NCBI GenBank assembly: GCA_964554375.1 | Contig: CAZKOL010000004.1 | Coordinates: forward strand, 16,535 to 80,534 | Length of the DNA: 64,000 nt | Reading direction: 5' to 3' | DNA from: an uncultured Dehalococcoidales bacterium | GTDB lineage: Bacteria; Chloroflexota; Dehalococcoidia; GIF9; UBA5629 | Part shown: in pieces, positions 1-8,098 of the stretch | How positions within the stretch are numbered: position 1 is the stretch's first letter | Layout: each line of letters starts with the position of its first letter | Notes under the pieces: generated by a model | Told to the model about the DNA's origin: nothing | Seen by the model: only the letters and a program-made list of their open reading frames with translations | The model's database searches: none | Position numbers and translations under genes: made by a program

Positions 1-22
1 CAGAAACCCGCCATCGCGTAAA

Positions 23-54
23 GATTGCTTCGTCGCTGCGCTCCTCGCAATGAC
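23..54 (-). repeat. Copy of a dispersed palindromic intergenic repeat (consensus about GTCATTGCGAGGAGCG-AGCGACGAAGCAATC), here in reverse orientation
   Basis: Near-identical to sequences at 3693-3724 and 3751-3776 (inverted), 12441-12459 and 57662-57689. All copies are intergenic. Confidence 0.6.
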
Positions 55-146
55 GTGACCACCATCAATTCCCATGAAGTTACTTTACCTGCCTGTTTTG
101 TTATAATACGGATTACCCGAAAATTCAGGTTGATCGAGGAGGCGTT

Positions 147-635
147 ATGGAGAACGAAAAAAAGGTCTTCGAGGCCCTGGAAACAGATGCCAGGCTATCA
201 GCCGACCAGATCGCGGAAATGACCGGCGTCCCCGTCCATGATGTGCAAAAAATAATCAAGAAGGCCGAGAAGGACGGCACTATAATCAAGTACAAGACGG
301 TCATCAACTGGTCCAAGCTGGGTGAGGAGCAGGTCTGGGCGCTGGTGGAGGTGAAGGTGGTGCCGCAGCGCGATACCGGATTCGGGGCTATCGCCGAGCG
401 TATATATCGCTTCCCACAGGCCAAGTCGGTCTTCCTGGCATCCGGTACCTACGACCTGGCCATCCTCATAGAAGGCAAGACCATGCAGGAGATCGCCGTC
501 TTCGTCTCCGAAAAGCTGGCGCCCATGGATACCGTCCAGGGCACGATAACGCACTTCATACTCAAGAAATACAAGGAGGACGGCGTCATCTTCGAGGATG
601 ACGGCGAACCACGCCGGCTGGGCGTCGTAGCCTGA
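147..635 (+). CDS. lrp: Lrp/AsnC family transcriptional regulator
   Basis: 162 aa. Has an N-terminal HTH and a C-terminal RAM/AsnC_trans-like domain. Shine-Dalgarno gaggag lies upstream. Confidence 0.85.
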   Translation: MENEKKVFEALETDARLSADQIAEMTGVPVHDVQKIIKKAEKDGTIIKYKTVINWSKLGEEQVWALVEVKVVPQRDTGFGAIAERIYRFPQAKSVFLASGTYDLAILIEGKTMQEIAVFVSEKLAPMDTVQGTITHFILKKYKEDGVIFEDDGEPRRLGVVA

Positions 636-670
636 CCCCCGCCTGTCATCTGCATCACAGGAGGCTCCAA

Positions 671-1873
671 GTGACGCATCATATAAAACGAACTAAAAAT
701 AAACGTGAATATATATCGCAGAAGGCCCGCGACATCTCGCCCTCGGGCATCAGGAAGTATTTCGACCTGCTGTCATCTATCGACGGCGCTATCTCGCTGG
801 GCGTGGGCGAACCTGATTTCGTAACGCCCTGGCCCATGCGCGAAGCCGGCATCATGGCCATCGAGAAGGGTTTCACCATGTACACCTCCAACCGCGGCAT
901 ACCCGAATTAAGGGAGGGCGTCTCGAAATACCACAGGAAGTTCTATAAACTCAACTACGATCCTAAATCGGAGATCCTGATAACGACCGGCAGCAGTGAG
1001 GCCCTCGACCTGGCCTTCAGGGCCACTATCGACCCGGGGGATGAGGTCATCATGCCCGATCCACATTATGTAGCCTACCCGGTTTGCGTATCACTGGCAG
1101 GGGGCGTGCCGGTACTGGTGCCGACCTATGAGAAAAACAACTTCGAGCTGATGCCTGCGGATATCAGAAAGAAGCTGACGCCCAGGACCAAGACCATACT
1201 GCTGAGCTTCCCCTCCAACCCGACCGGGGCTGTGATGCCCAGGAAACTGCTGCTGGAGATAGCCAGAATAGCCGTTGAACACGACCTGCTGGTTGTCTCC
1301 GACGAGATATATGCCCGCCTGACCTACGACGCGGAGCACACCTGCATGGCCAGTCTGCCGGGCATGAAGGACAGGACCATATTGGTAGGCGGGTTCTCCA
1401 AGGCATTCGCCATGACGGGATGGCGCGTCGGGTTCTCATTGGCCAACCCTGTTATCACGGAGGCCATGCTCAAGGTGCACCAGTACACCATGATGTGCGC
1501 GCCTATCATGGGTCAACTGGCCGCCGTGGAAGCTCTGAAGGACAGCAACAACCAGGAAGTCGAGGATATGCTGGCAGAATATGACAGGCGCCGGCGCGTC
1601 ATCGTCAAAGGGTTCAGGGACCTCGGCCTCTCCTGTTTCGAGCCCAAGGGCGCCTTTTACGCCTTCCCCAACATCAAGTCCACCGGTATGACATCCGAGG
1701 AGTTTGCAGAGGGGCTGCTGACGGAGGAGAAAGTAGCCGTAGTGCCCGGCTCGGTATTCGGGAAATGCGGGCAGGGCTACGTGCGCTGCTGCTACGCCAC
1801 GTCTTTGCCCGATATCGAAGAGGCGCTCAAAAGGATCAAGAAGTTCCTGAAGCGGCACGGCAAGAAGAAGTAG
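671..1873 (+). CDS. PLP-dependent aminotransferase, class I/II (aspartate/alanine aminotransferase-like)
   Basis: 400 aa. Carries SNPTG and SFSKAFAMTGWRVGF (PLP-lysine region) motifs. GTG start is preceded by the RBS aggagg. Confidence 0.85.
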   Translation: MTHHIKRTKNKREYISQKARDISPSGIRKYFDLLSSIDGAISLGVGEPDFVTPWPMREAGIMAIEKGFTMYTSNRGIPELREGVSKYHRKFYKLNYDPKSEILITTGSSEALDLAFRATIDPGDEVIMPDPHYVAYPVCVSLAGGVPVLVPTYEKNNFELMPADIRKKLTPRTKTILLSFPSNPTGAVMPRKLLLEIARIAVEHDLLVVSDEIYARLTYDAEHTCMASLPGMKDRTILVGGFSKAFAMTGWRVGFSLANPVITEAMLKVHQYTMMCAPIMGQLAAVEALKDSNNQEVEDMLAEYDRRRRVIVKGFRDLGLSCFEPKGAFYAFPNIKSTGMTSEEFAEGLLTEEKVAVVPGSVFGKCGQGYVRCCYATSLPDIEEALKRIKKFLKRHGKKK

Positions 1874-2686
1874 CTATTTCTGCTTAAGCCAGCCGCGGAA
1901 GGCGCGCCCGATACGTGGATTGGCGGCGATGATCTCCCTGTCGTCAATACCGGCCCGGCGGCCTGTAAAATCCGTCACCTCGCCACCTGCTTCCCTGATA
2001 AGGAGCAGCCCGCTGGCCGAATCCCACGGGTAGAGGCTCTTGTGAAAATACAGGCTCAGCCGCCCGCATGCTACATAGGCCATGCCCAGGCTGGAGGAGC
2101 CGATCAGCCTCATACAATGGATCTTCGGCCATAGCCTGATTGCCAGATCCAGAAGTTCACTGCTTATCCCCGCCTGGTAACCCAGGTCCAAGCCAACCGC
2201 GGCGTCCCGCAGGTCCGCAACGTCCGCCACGGAGGTTCTCCTGTTATTCAGGTAAGCGCCTTTGCCCTTGACAGCCCTGAATACCTCGTTGCGCATGGGG
2301 TCGAAGGTAACGCCCAGCAATACCTCACCTTTCCGGGCAAGGGCGATATTCACACAAAATAAAGGCATGCCGAAATGGAAATTGTTGGTGCCGTCCAGGG
2401 GATCGATTATCCAGGTGTATTCGCTGTCCTCCCGCCTGGTCCCCGCCTCCTCGGACATTATCCCGTGTCCCGGGAACGCGGCTGTGATGATGTTCAGTAT
2501 GGTTTTTTCGGACAGCAGGTCGGCTTCGGTGACCAGGTCGCGCCTGCCCTTGACCCTTGTCTCATTATGACGGCCGTAGCGCTGCCGTAGTATCTGCCCC
2601 GCTTCAGCGGCAGCCTGCCTGGCAACCATGTAAGCAGATTGACCCTGAACAGACACCGGCAAAAAGATATCCGGCTTCTCAGGCAT
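1874..2686 (-). CDS. suhB: Inositol monophosphatase family protein (SuhB-like)
   Basis: 270 aa. WIIDPLDGTNNF metal-binding motif is typical of the IMPase/FBPase fold. Confidence 0.85.
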   Translation of the reverse strand: MPEKPDIFLPVSVQGQSAYMVARQAAAEAGQILRQRYGRHNETRVKGRRDLVTEADLLSEKTILNIITAAFPGHGIMSEEAGTRREDSEYTWIIDPLDGTNNFHFGMPLFCVNIALARKGEVLLGVTFDPMRNEVFRAVKGKGAYLNNRRTSVADVADLRDAAVGLDLGYQAGISSELLDLAIRLWPKIHCMRLIGSSSLGMAYVACGRLSLYFHKSLYPWDSASGLLLIREAGGEVTDFTGRRAGIDDREIIAANPRIGRAFRGWLKQK

Positions 2687-3662
2687 TTCTTTTAAGGCCC
2701 ATCTTGAGCTTTACTTCGCCGATGGTCTGACGCGCTATGGCCTGCGCTCGCTGCGCCCCGTCGGCAAGGATATCGTAAATATGCCCGGGGTCCTTCTCCA
2801 GTGTTGATCTCCGCTCACGGAAATCCTTGAGGCTGATGTTGATGCCGGCGGCCAGCAGCTTTTTACAGTCGACGCAGCCTATCCCCGCCACCCTGCACTG
2901 CGCCTCGATCTCTTGAACACGCGACTCGTTGAAAAATTTTTGCAGGCTGAACACGTTGCAGACCTCGGGGTGGCCCGGGTCGTTGCGGCGCTGCCTGGCA
3001 GGATCGGTCATGGCTGTCTTTACCCGCTCCAGCGTCTCATCCGGTGTGGCGGCCAGCTCGATGTGGTTGTTGTAGGACTTTCCCATCTTCTGCCCGCCGT
3101 CAAGGCCGCGCACCATGGGATAATTGGTCAGCCTGGCCTGCGGCTCGGGGAATGTCTCGCCGAAGATGAAATTGAAGCGGCGTACTATCTCCCTCGTCAT
3201 CTCCAGGTGAGGTAACTGGTCCTCGCCTACCGGGACGGCGTCCGATTTATAAAGCATAATGTCGGCGGCCATCAGCACGGGGTAGCCGACCAGGCCGAAA
3301 TTTACGTTCTGCGGCTGCATCCTGGCCTTCTCCTTGAAGGTCGGGACGCGCAGCAGCCAGCCCAGAGGGGTGAGCATGCCCAGCAGGGTGAACAGCTCGG
3401 TAACCTCGGGAACGTGCGACTGCACGAATACAATGGACCTTTTGGGATCGATGCCAGCGGCCAGCCAGTCGAGCGTCATCTCGAAGATGTTCTGCTGTAA
3501 CTCGGAGGTGCTCTCAAGCGTGGTGAGCGCGTGCAGGTCCACTATGCAGTAAATGCAATCATACTCTTCCTGCAGTCGTACATAGTTCTGAATAGCGCCG
3601 ATGTAATTGCCTATGTGCTGCCTGCCGGTGGGGCGCGCGCCGGAGAATACGCGTTTCTTCAT
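2679..3662 (-). CDS. trpS: Tryptophan--tRNA ligase
   Basis: 327 aa class I aaRS. N-terminal PTGRQHIGNYIGA (HIGH-like) and KMGKS (KMSKS) motifs, at the length expected for TrpRS. Confidence 0.9.
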   Translation of the reverse strand: MKKRVFSGARPTGRQHIGNYIGAIQNYVRLQEEYDCIYCIVDLHALTTLESTSELQQNIFEMTLDWLAAGIDPKRSIVFVQSHVPEVTELFTLLGMLTPLGWLLRVPTFKEKARMQPQNVNFGLVGYPVLMAADIMLYKSDAVPVGEDQLPHLEMTREIVRRFNFIFGETFPEPQARLTNYPMVRGLDGGQKMGKSYNNHIELAATPDETLERVKTAMTDPARQRRNDPGHPEVCNVFSLQKFFNESRVQEIEAQCRVAGIGCVDCKKLLAAGINISLKDFRERRSTLEKDPGHIYDILADGAQRAQAIARQTIGEVKLKMGLKRNA

Positions 3663-3692
3663 AACAGGTCAAGAGTTTAACACAAAAATAAT

Positions 3693-3776
3693 GTCATTGC
3701 GAGGAGCGTAGCGACGAAGCAATCTGTTGTTGCCGCCACTCCAGACACAGGATTGCTTCGCTTCGCTCGCAATGAC
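3693..3776. repeat. Inverted pair of the dispersed palindromic repeat (3693-3724 forward, 3751-3776 inverted) forming an ~85-nt hairpin
   Basis: gtcattgcgaggagcgtagcgacgaagcaatc ... gattgcttcgcttcgctcgcaatgac, with other copies at 23-54, 12441-12459 and 57662-57689. Confidence 0.65.
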
Positions 3777-3922
3777 CGGCTTCTTATCTTGTCACCCAAC
3801 TCGTCAAACCTTATTTCATAGCTGGGGGTGACAAGTGTGACGACTTTGCGGGGGGGGGATAACTGTATGTTTATATTCTTTTTCTATTTACCCGCTAATT
3901 TTTCAAACTCACGTATTCAGTC

Positions 3923-5230
3923 TCAGAGGTTCAGTTCACTCTTGTTAAAACATGCAGCTGCGTCTTTGTGTTTACCCATTGCTTTTAATGCCAAACCTTT
4001 GTGATGCCATGCCTCTCCTGTAGTGGAATCAATTTGTATCACCTTATCAAAACATTTTACTGCATCTTTATAATTATGTAATTTGCTCAGTTCTCTGCCT
4101 TTGTTGTACCACGCATCTATATCGCGAGGATTCAACCTAACCGCCTCATCAAAGCACTTGAGCGCGTCAGAATATTTATTAAGGGCGTCCTGGGCAATAC
4201 CCATGTTATACCAGACAATGGCATTTCGATTATTGAACGTAATGGATTTATCAAAGCATGTCACAGCTTCTCTGAAGTTATTTATATTCATAAGTGCCGT
4301 GCCTTTGCTAAACCACGCTTTGCCAAATTCTGGATCAATATTTATGACATGGTTATAGCATTCAATAGCTTCATCATTCTTCTCAAGATGCCTTAATAGC
4401 TCACCTTTTGCATACCATGCTCCTGTGGATTTCGAATCCAACGCGATAGCTTTATCATAACAGCTCGAAGCTTGGTTGTACTCTCCAATACACATTAGGA
4501 CTGTGCCTTTGTTTACCCAGCCACCAATAAATCTCGGCTCTATCTCAATTACTTTACTAAAGCAGTCAATTGCCTTATCGCACATTTTCTTCTGTAAGAA
4601 TTCTGCTCCATTTGTGTTCTGGATCACAGCTTCTTTTGAATTTAAAACATGATAACCACGGCTGGTTTCGCCGTGTTGTATCTTTTGATCCATAGTTAAA
4701 GCGTCATCGTATAAATAATGTGGGATTTCATAAAGCATTAGTATTGTATGCTTCTTATTACAGTCTCCGTTAATTAATACGAGTATCTCTGAAGCAACTT
4801 TTTTCTCCCTATCTTTAGACGTGAAAAGTATTTTCCCGTCCGGCGTAACGATAGTACAAGTAGCCCATGTTAATGCCCATTCAGAATTGCATTTGTGGCA
4901 TTTCCACCACATATTAATATCATTCCATCTATCGGTAGTAATTTTTATGGGCTTGCTGTCTACCACATCAAAAACATCGATAACAGCATATTTATTTTTA
5001 TTAAATATGTCCGGCATACTTTTATTGATTTTTTCAATGTACTGAATCAATGCACAGGGCGGCTTGAAATGATAGGGCTGATTTTTCATCGGTAATATAT
5101 AGTGATAATTATTTTCATCCAATGCAATCCCAACTTCCCAAACAACTGATTGCTTCGCCTCACAATTGAAACATTGCCTTTCAACTTTGGTAGTGAGCCA
5201 TAGAACACTCTTAAATTTCACCTCGTCCAT
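3923..5230 (-). CDS. Hypothetical protein with an N-terminal Cys-rich (CxxC...CxxC) domain and C-terminal TPR repeats
   Basis: 435 aa encoded in low-GC DNA. Contains CFNCE and CHKCN motifs, and the C-terminal half is made of multiple 34-aa TPR-like repeats (W/F..G.....G.Y..A...Y..A). Confidence 0.6.
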   Translation of the reverse strand: MDEVKFKSVLWLTTKVERQCFNCEAKQSVVWEVGIALDENNYHYILPMKNQPYHFKPPCALIQYIEKINKSMPDIFNKNKYAVIDVFDVVDSKPIKITTDRWNDINMWWKCHKCNSEWALTWATCTIVTPDGKILFTSKDREKKVASEILVLINGDCNKKHTILMLYEIPHYLYDDALTMDQKIQHGETSRGYHVLNSKEAVIQNTNGAEFLQKKMCDKAIDCFSKVIEIEPRFIGGWVNKGTVLMCIGEYNQASSCYDKAIALDSKSTGAWYAKGELLRHLEKNDEAIECYNHVINIDPEFGKAWFSKGTALMNINNFREAVTCFDKSITFNNRNAIVWYNMGIAQDALNKYSDALKCFDEAVRLNPRDIDAWYNKGRELSKLHNYKDAVKCFDKVIQIDSTTGEAWHHKGLALKAMGKHKDAAACFNKSELNL

Positions 5231-5299
5231 GTCCGGTTTCCTCCCCTTTCTAAAACGTGCATAATAAGTCGGTGAGCGACATTATTGGCGCTTCACATT

Positions 5300-6070
5300 C
5301 TATTTCAAAGTATCCATTCGTTTTATGATTTCATTTCCTATCGGAATAATTGATACACTGGCTTCGTCTTTAAAGGAAAGCGAGACGGTGAGGATATAAA
5401 CTTGATATTTTTTAAATATCAGGGTGCTATATGTGTAGTCTTCACCATCGATGTTAGTTGTACCTGTAGCATATGCGCATATATCTCCAATCGATGGATG
5501 ACTAACACTAAATGAAGGATCAGTCATCTGAATACTGTATTCAGTAGCACTTTTACGTAGGTATTTCAGCATATAATCCTTGAATTGTTTGTCGTCTTTA
5601 AGCAGTCCATCATAATAGGCTTGTTCTAAAAATCCACTGGCCTTTATTACAACACTATAAATTACTTGATAAGGTTCATTAGATATAAATAATTGGATTC
5701 CGCTTGCTCCTGTTCCAAGATCTGCAATTTTCTCAGGAGCAAATATCTGGGCAGCGTCTGTTTTGAGGAATCTTGGCGGTAGATTTTCAGCCATGTTTAG
5801 AATATACGGTGCATCGGATAAAGCGATTTTTGAACTTGTGACCGCTGAATTAATAATGATAGCCAATATCACGACGACTGCAATTAATATGATAATTAGT
5901 GCGCGCTTGGATACTATAAACAAGGTCTTTTGCCTCGGAGGTGCAGGCTGATATTCAGCGTCCTCTATTGGCCAAGTTAATTGGACACCGCACTTATCAC
6001 AAATTTTACCCCCCGGCATGACTGGCAGGCCACAACGCGGACATATATAAGTGTGCTGCATTTTATCCAA
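5300..6070 (-). CDS. Zinc-ribbon membrane-anchored protein (N-terminal CPRCG..CDKCG, single TM, extracytoplasmic domain)
   Basis: 256 aa. A zinc ribbon is followed by the hydrophobic segment LIIILIAVVVILAIII, in low-GC DNA. Confidence 0.55.
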   Translation of the reverse strand: MDKMQHTYICPRCGLPVMPGGKICDKCGVQLTWPIEDAEYQPAPPRQKTLFIVSKRALIIILIAVVVILAIIINSAVTSSKIALSDAPYILNMAENLPPRFLKTDAAQIFAPEKIADLGTGASGIQLFISNEPYQVIYSVVIKASGFLEQAYYDGLLKDDKQFKDYMLKYLRKSATEYSIQMTDPSFSVSHPSIGDICAYATGTTNIDGEDYTYSTLIFKKYQVYILTVSLSFKDEASVSIIPIGNEIIKRMDTLK

Positions 6071-6162
6071 TAATAGTTAAAACCTATTGATAATTAATAT
6101 GTCATATACGCGCTATAATCACAGGGAATTGCGCCATCACAAGTATTTTTCCTGTGGGTTCA

Positions 6163-7161
6163 TCATTGTCCCAATTCCGCCGCCTTTTTAAAATCTGCTT
6201 CGGCTTTGCTCTTATCGCCTATTTTATTATATGAAAGCCCACGGTTGTAGTAAGCGTTGGCAAAATTCGGTCTTAATTCTATGGCTTTAGTGCAATCGGC
6301 TATGGAATGGTTGTATTCATTCATAAAAAAATAACTATTCGCACGATTGTAGTATGCTGCTGCATACTTCGGGTTCAGTTCTATTGCTTTAGTGAAATCA
6401 GCTATGGCTTCGTTGCAGCCTCTTAATTTATAGCAAAGTCCACGGTTGTTGAATACTTCTGCATCATTCGGGTTTAGTTCTATTGCTTTGTTTAAATCAA
6501 CTAGAGCTTTGTCACGGTCATTTTGTCGATAATATACATTCCCACGGCCACTATAAGCATCAGCATTATTCGGGTTTAGCGCTATTGCCTTGTTGTAATC
6601 AGAAATAGCTTTGTCATAGTCACCTTTTTTATAATAGGAAAGCCCACGATTGAGGTAAGCGATGGTAGGATCCGGGTCTATCTCTATTGCCTTGGTGAAA
6701 TCAACTATGGCTTTATCATATAGTCCTTCTTTGCCATAGGCCAGCCCACGACCTTGGTAAGCCATGGCATCCTTCGGGTCCAGTCCTATCGATGTAGTAA
6801 AATCAGTAATAGCGTTGTCGTAGTTACCAATGTCACTATAGGCACGCCCGCGCCCGCAGTAAGCCTGGGCATATTTCGGGTCTATATCAATCGCCTTATT
6901 GTAATCAGCTATAGCTTTGTCGTATTCACCTTTGACAGCATAGGAGACACCACGGTAGAAGTAAGCAACAGCATCTTGCGGGTTTAGCGCTATTGCTTTT
7001 GTGTAATTGTCAACGGCCTGGTCCCATTGATTGGGCCCGTTATTTATGCAACTTAAAAGCAACATTACTGTGGCAAGGAAAGCACATACGGTAATTGTAA
7101 TTATTCTCTTGTATTTCATAATTTCCTCTATGTCATGCCTTTTGTTAATTTTGTTGCTCAT
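6163..7161 (-). CDS. TPR-repeat lipoprotein
   Basis: 332 aa. Has a signal peptide with the lipobox LLLSC, followed by about 8 tandem TPR repeats (AYxxRGxxYxxxGxYDKAIxDxxKAIELNP). Its start overlaps the upstream gene by 4 bp (ATGA). Confidence 0.7.
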   Translation of the reverse strand: MSNKINKRHDIEEIMKYKRIITITVCAFLATVMLLLSCINNGPNQWDQAVDNYTKAIALNPQDAVAYFYRGVSYAVKGEYDKAIADYNKAIDIDPKYAQAYCGRGRAYSDIGNYDNAITDFTTSIGLDPKDAMAYQGRGLAYGKEGLYDKAIVDFTKAIEIDPDPTIAYLNRGLSYYKKGDYDKAISDYNKAIALNPNNADAYSGRGNVYYRQNDRDKALVDLNKAIELNPNDAEVFNNRGLCYKLRGCNEAIADFTKAIELNPKYAAAYYNRANSYFFMNEYNHSIADCTKAIELRPNFANAYYNRGLSYNKIGDKSKAEADFKKAAELGQ

Positions 7162-7613
7162 GGTTTATTCTCTTGTCTTGTCATTTCGGATGAGTTTGTT
7201 ATTTGCGCCTGGGTTTTCGATGTCTTTTTATTACTTAGAATAATTGAAATAATCGGGAAAAATAAGGCCAACCAAAGCCAATTTAAACTCCTGCCTTTTT
7301 GATGTAATACCCATCCATTTACAGGTAACATAGCCCAGCACAGAAAGTAGGTTGAAGCATTTTTTGCTGTTCCAACAATGTCGAATCCCAGAAATGTTCT
7401 TAAGAAAGCAATAAAAAAACAAAAACCGAGGAGCCAGAACAACCATGTTAGATTCAAGTGTTTCTTAAACCAGGATGTTTCTACGGTTTTTGATTGTTTA
7501 CTATTTACAACTACGGGTATATTACCTTGGCATCCACAATCATCTGCATAACCCATAAATTCCCTTCCGCACTTCGAGCATGTTCTGTTTATCATCCTAT
7601 TCTTCCTCCCCAT
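7158..7613 (-). CDS. Zinc-ribbon multi-pass membrane protein
   Basis: 151 aa. N-terminal CSKCG...CGC zinc ribbon followed by 3-4 predicted TM helices. Confidence 0.5.
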   Translation of the reverse strand: MGRKNRMINRTCSKCGREFMGYADDCGCQGNIPVVVNSKQSKTVETSWFKKHLNLTWLFWLLGFCFFIAFLRTFLGFDIVGTAKNASTYFLCWAMLPVNGWVLHQKGRSLNWLWLALFFPIISIILSNKKTSKTQAQITNSSEMTRQENKP

Positions 7614-7633
7614 TTGTAGTAAAATGCTGAAGT

Positions 7634-8098
7634 TTATTTGGCTTTACTAAATAGTTTTTTTGGAAAATCAGTATCGCCTATTTTATAAGTTAGTTGGCCA
7701 TCACTTCCTATTACGGCGTATTTCTCTCTGGGTGACCTGGCCACGGTAACCCATTTGCTTTTCTCATTGTCTCCGATAAACATTAGTTTTGCTAACTCCT
7801 GGAAGCTCAGGCAGCATATACCATCTTCACCACATACCAACCCAATAAAGACATCATTAACCCCCTTCTTAACTTCAGTAAGTTCTTTGATATGTTCCGG
7901 TGCAAAAGTGAAACCCCAGGGAGTTAGACGCTTTTTACAATGCTTGATATGGAGATAGACCGTGCTATTGATCAAATAGCCGTTGTTACCTGTAAATAGC
8001 TTTATTGATTCCGGTTTTCCATCTTGAATCAGACGTACCAGTGCAATGCCATGATAAGTTTTATAGTTATCCATTCGCTTTTTGACATAAATTTTCAT
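7634..8098 (-). CDS. Hypothetical protein, possible effector partner of the Z1 ATPase
   Basis: 154 aa ORF whose start overlaps the 3' end of the upstream Z1-ATPase gene by 32 bp. No recognisable motifs. Confidence 0.45.
   Translation of the reverse strand: MKIYVKKRMDNYKTYHGIALVRLIQDGKPESIKLFTGNNGYLINSTVYLHIKHCKKRLTPWGFTFAPEHIKELTEVKKGVNDVFIGLVCGEDGICCLSFQELAKLMFIGDNEKSKWVTVARSPREKYAVIGSDGQLTYKIGDTDFPKKLFSKAK

Noticed and set aside
3663-3922. Possible T-box leader for trpS
   Set aside because: The reverse complement of the trpS upstream region lacks the conserved T-box sequence (GGGTGGNACCGCG). The palindromic structure there is instead the dispersed repeat pair.
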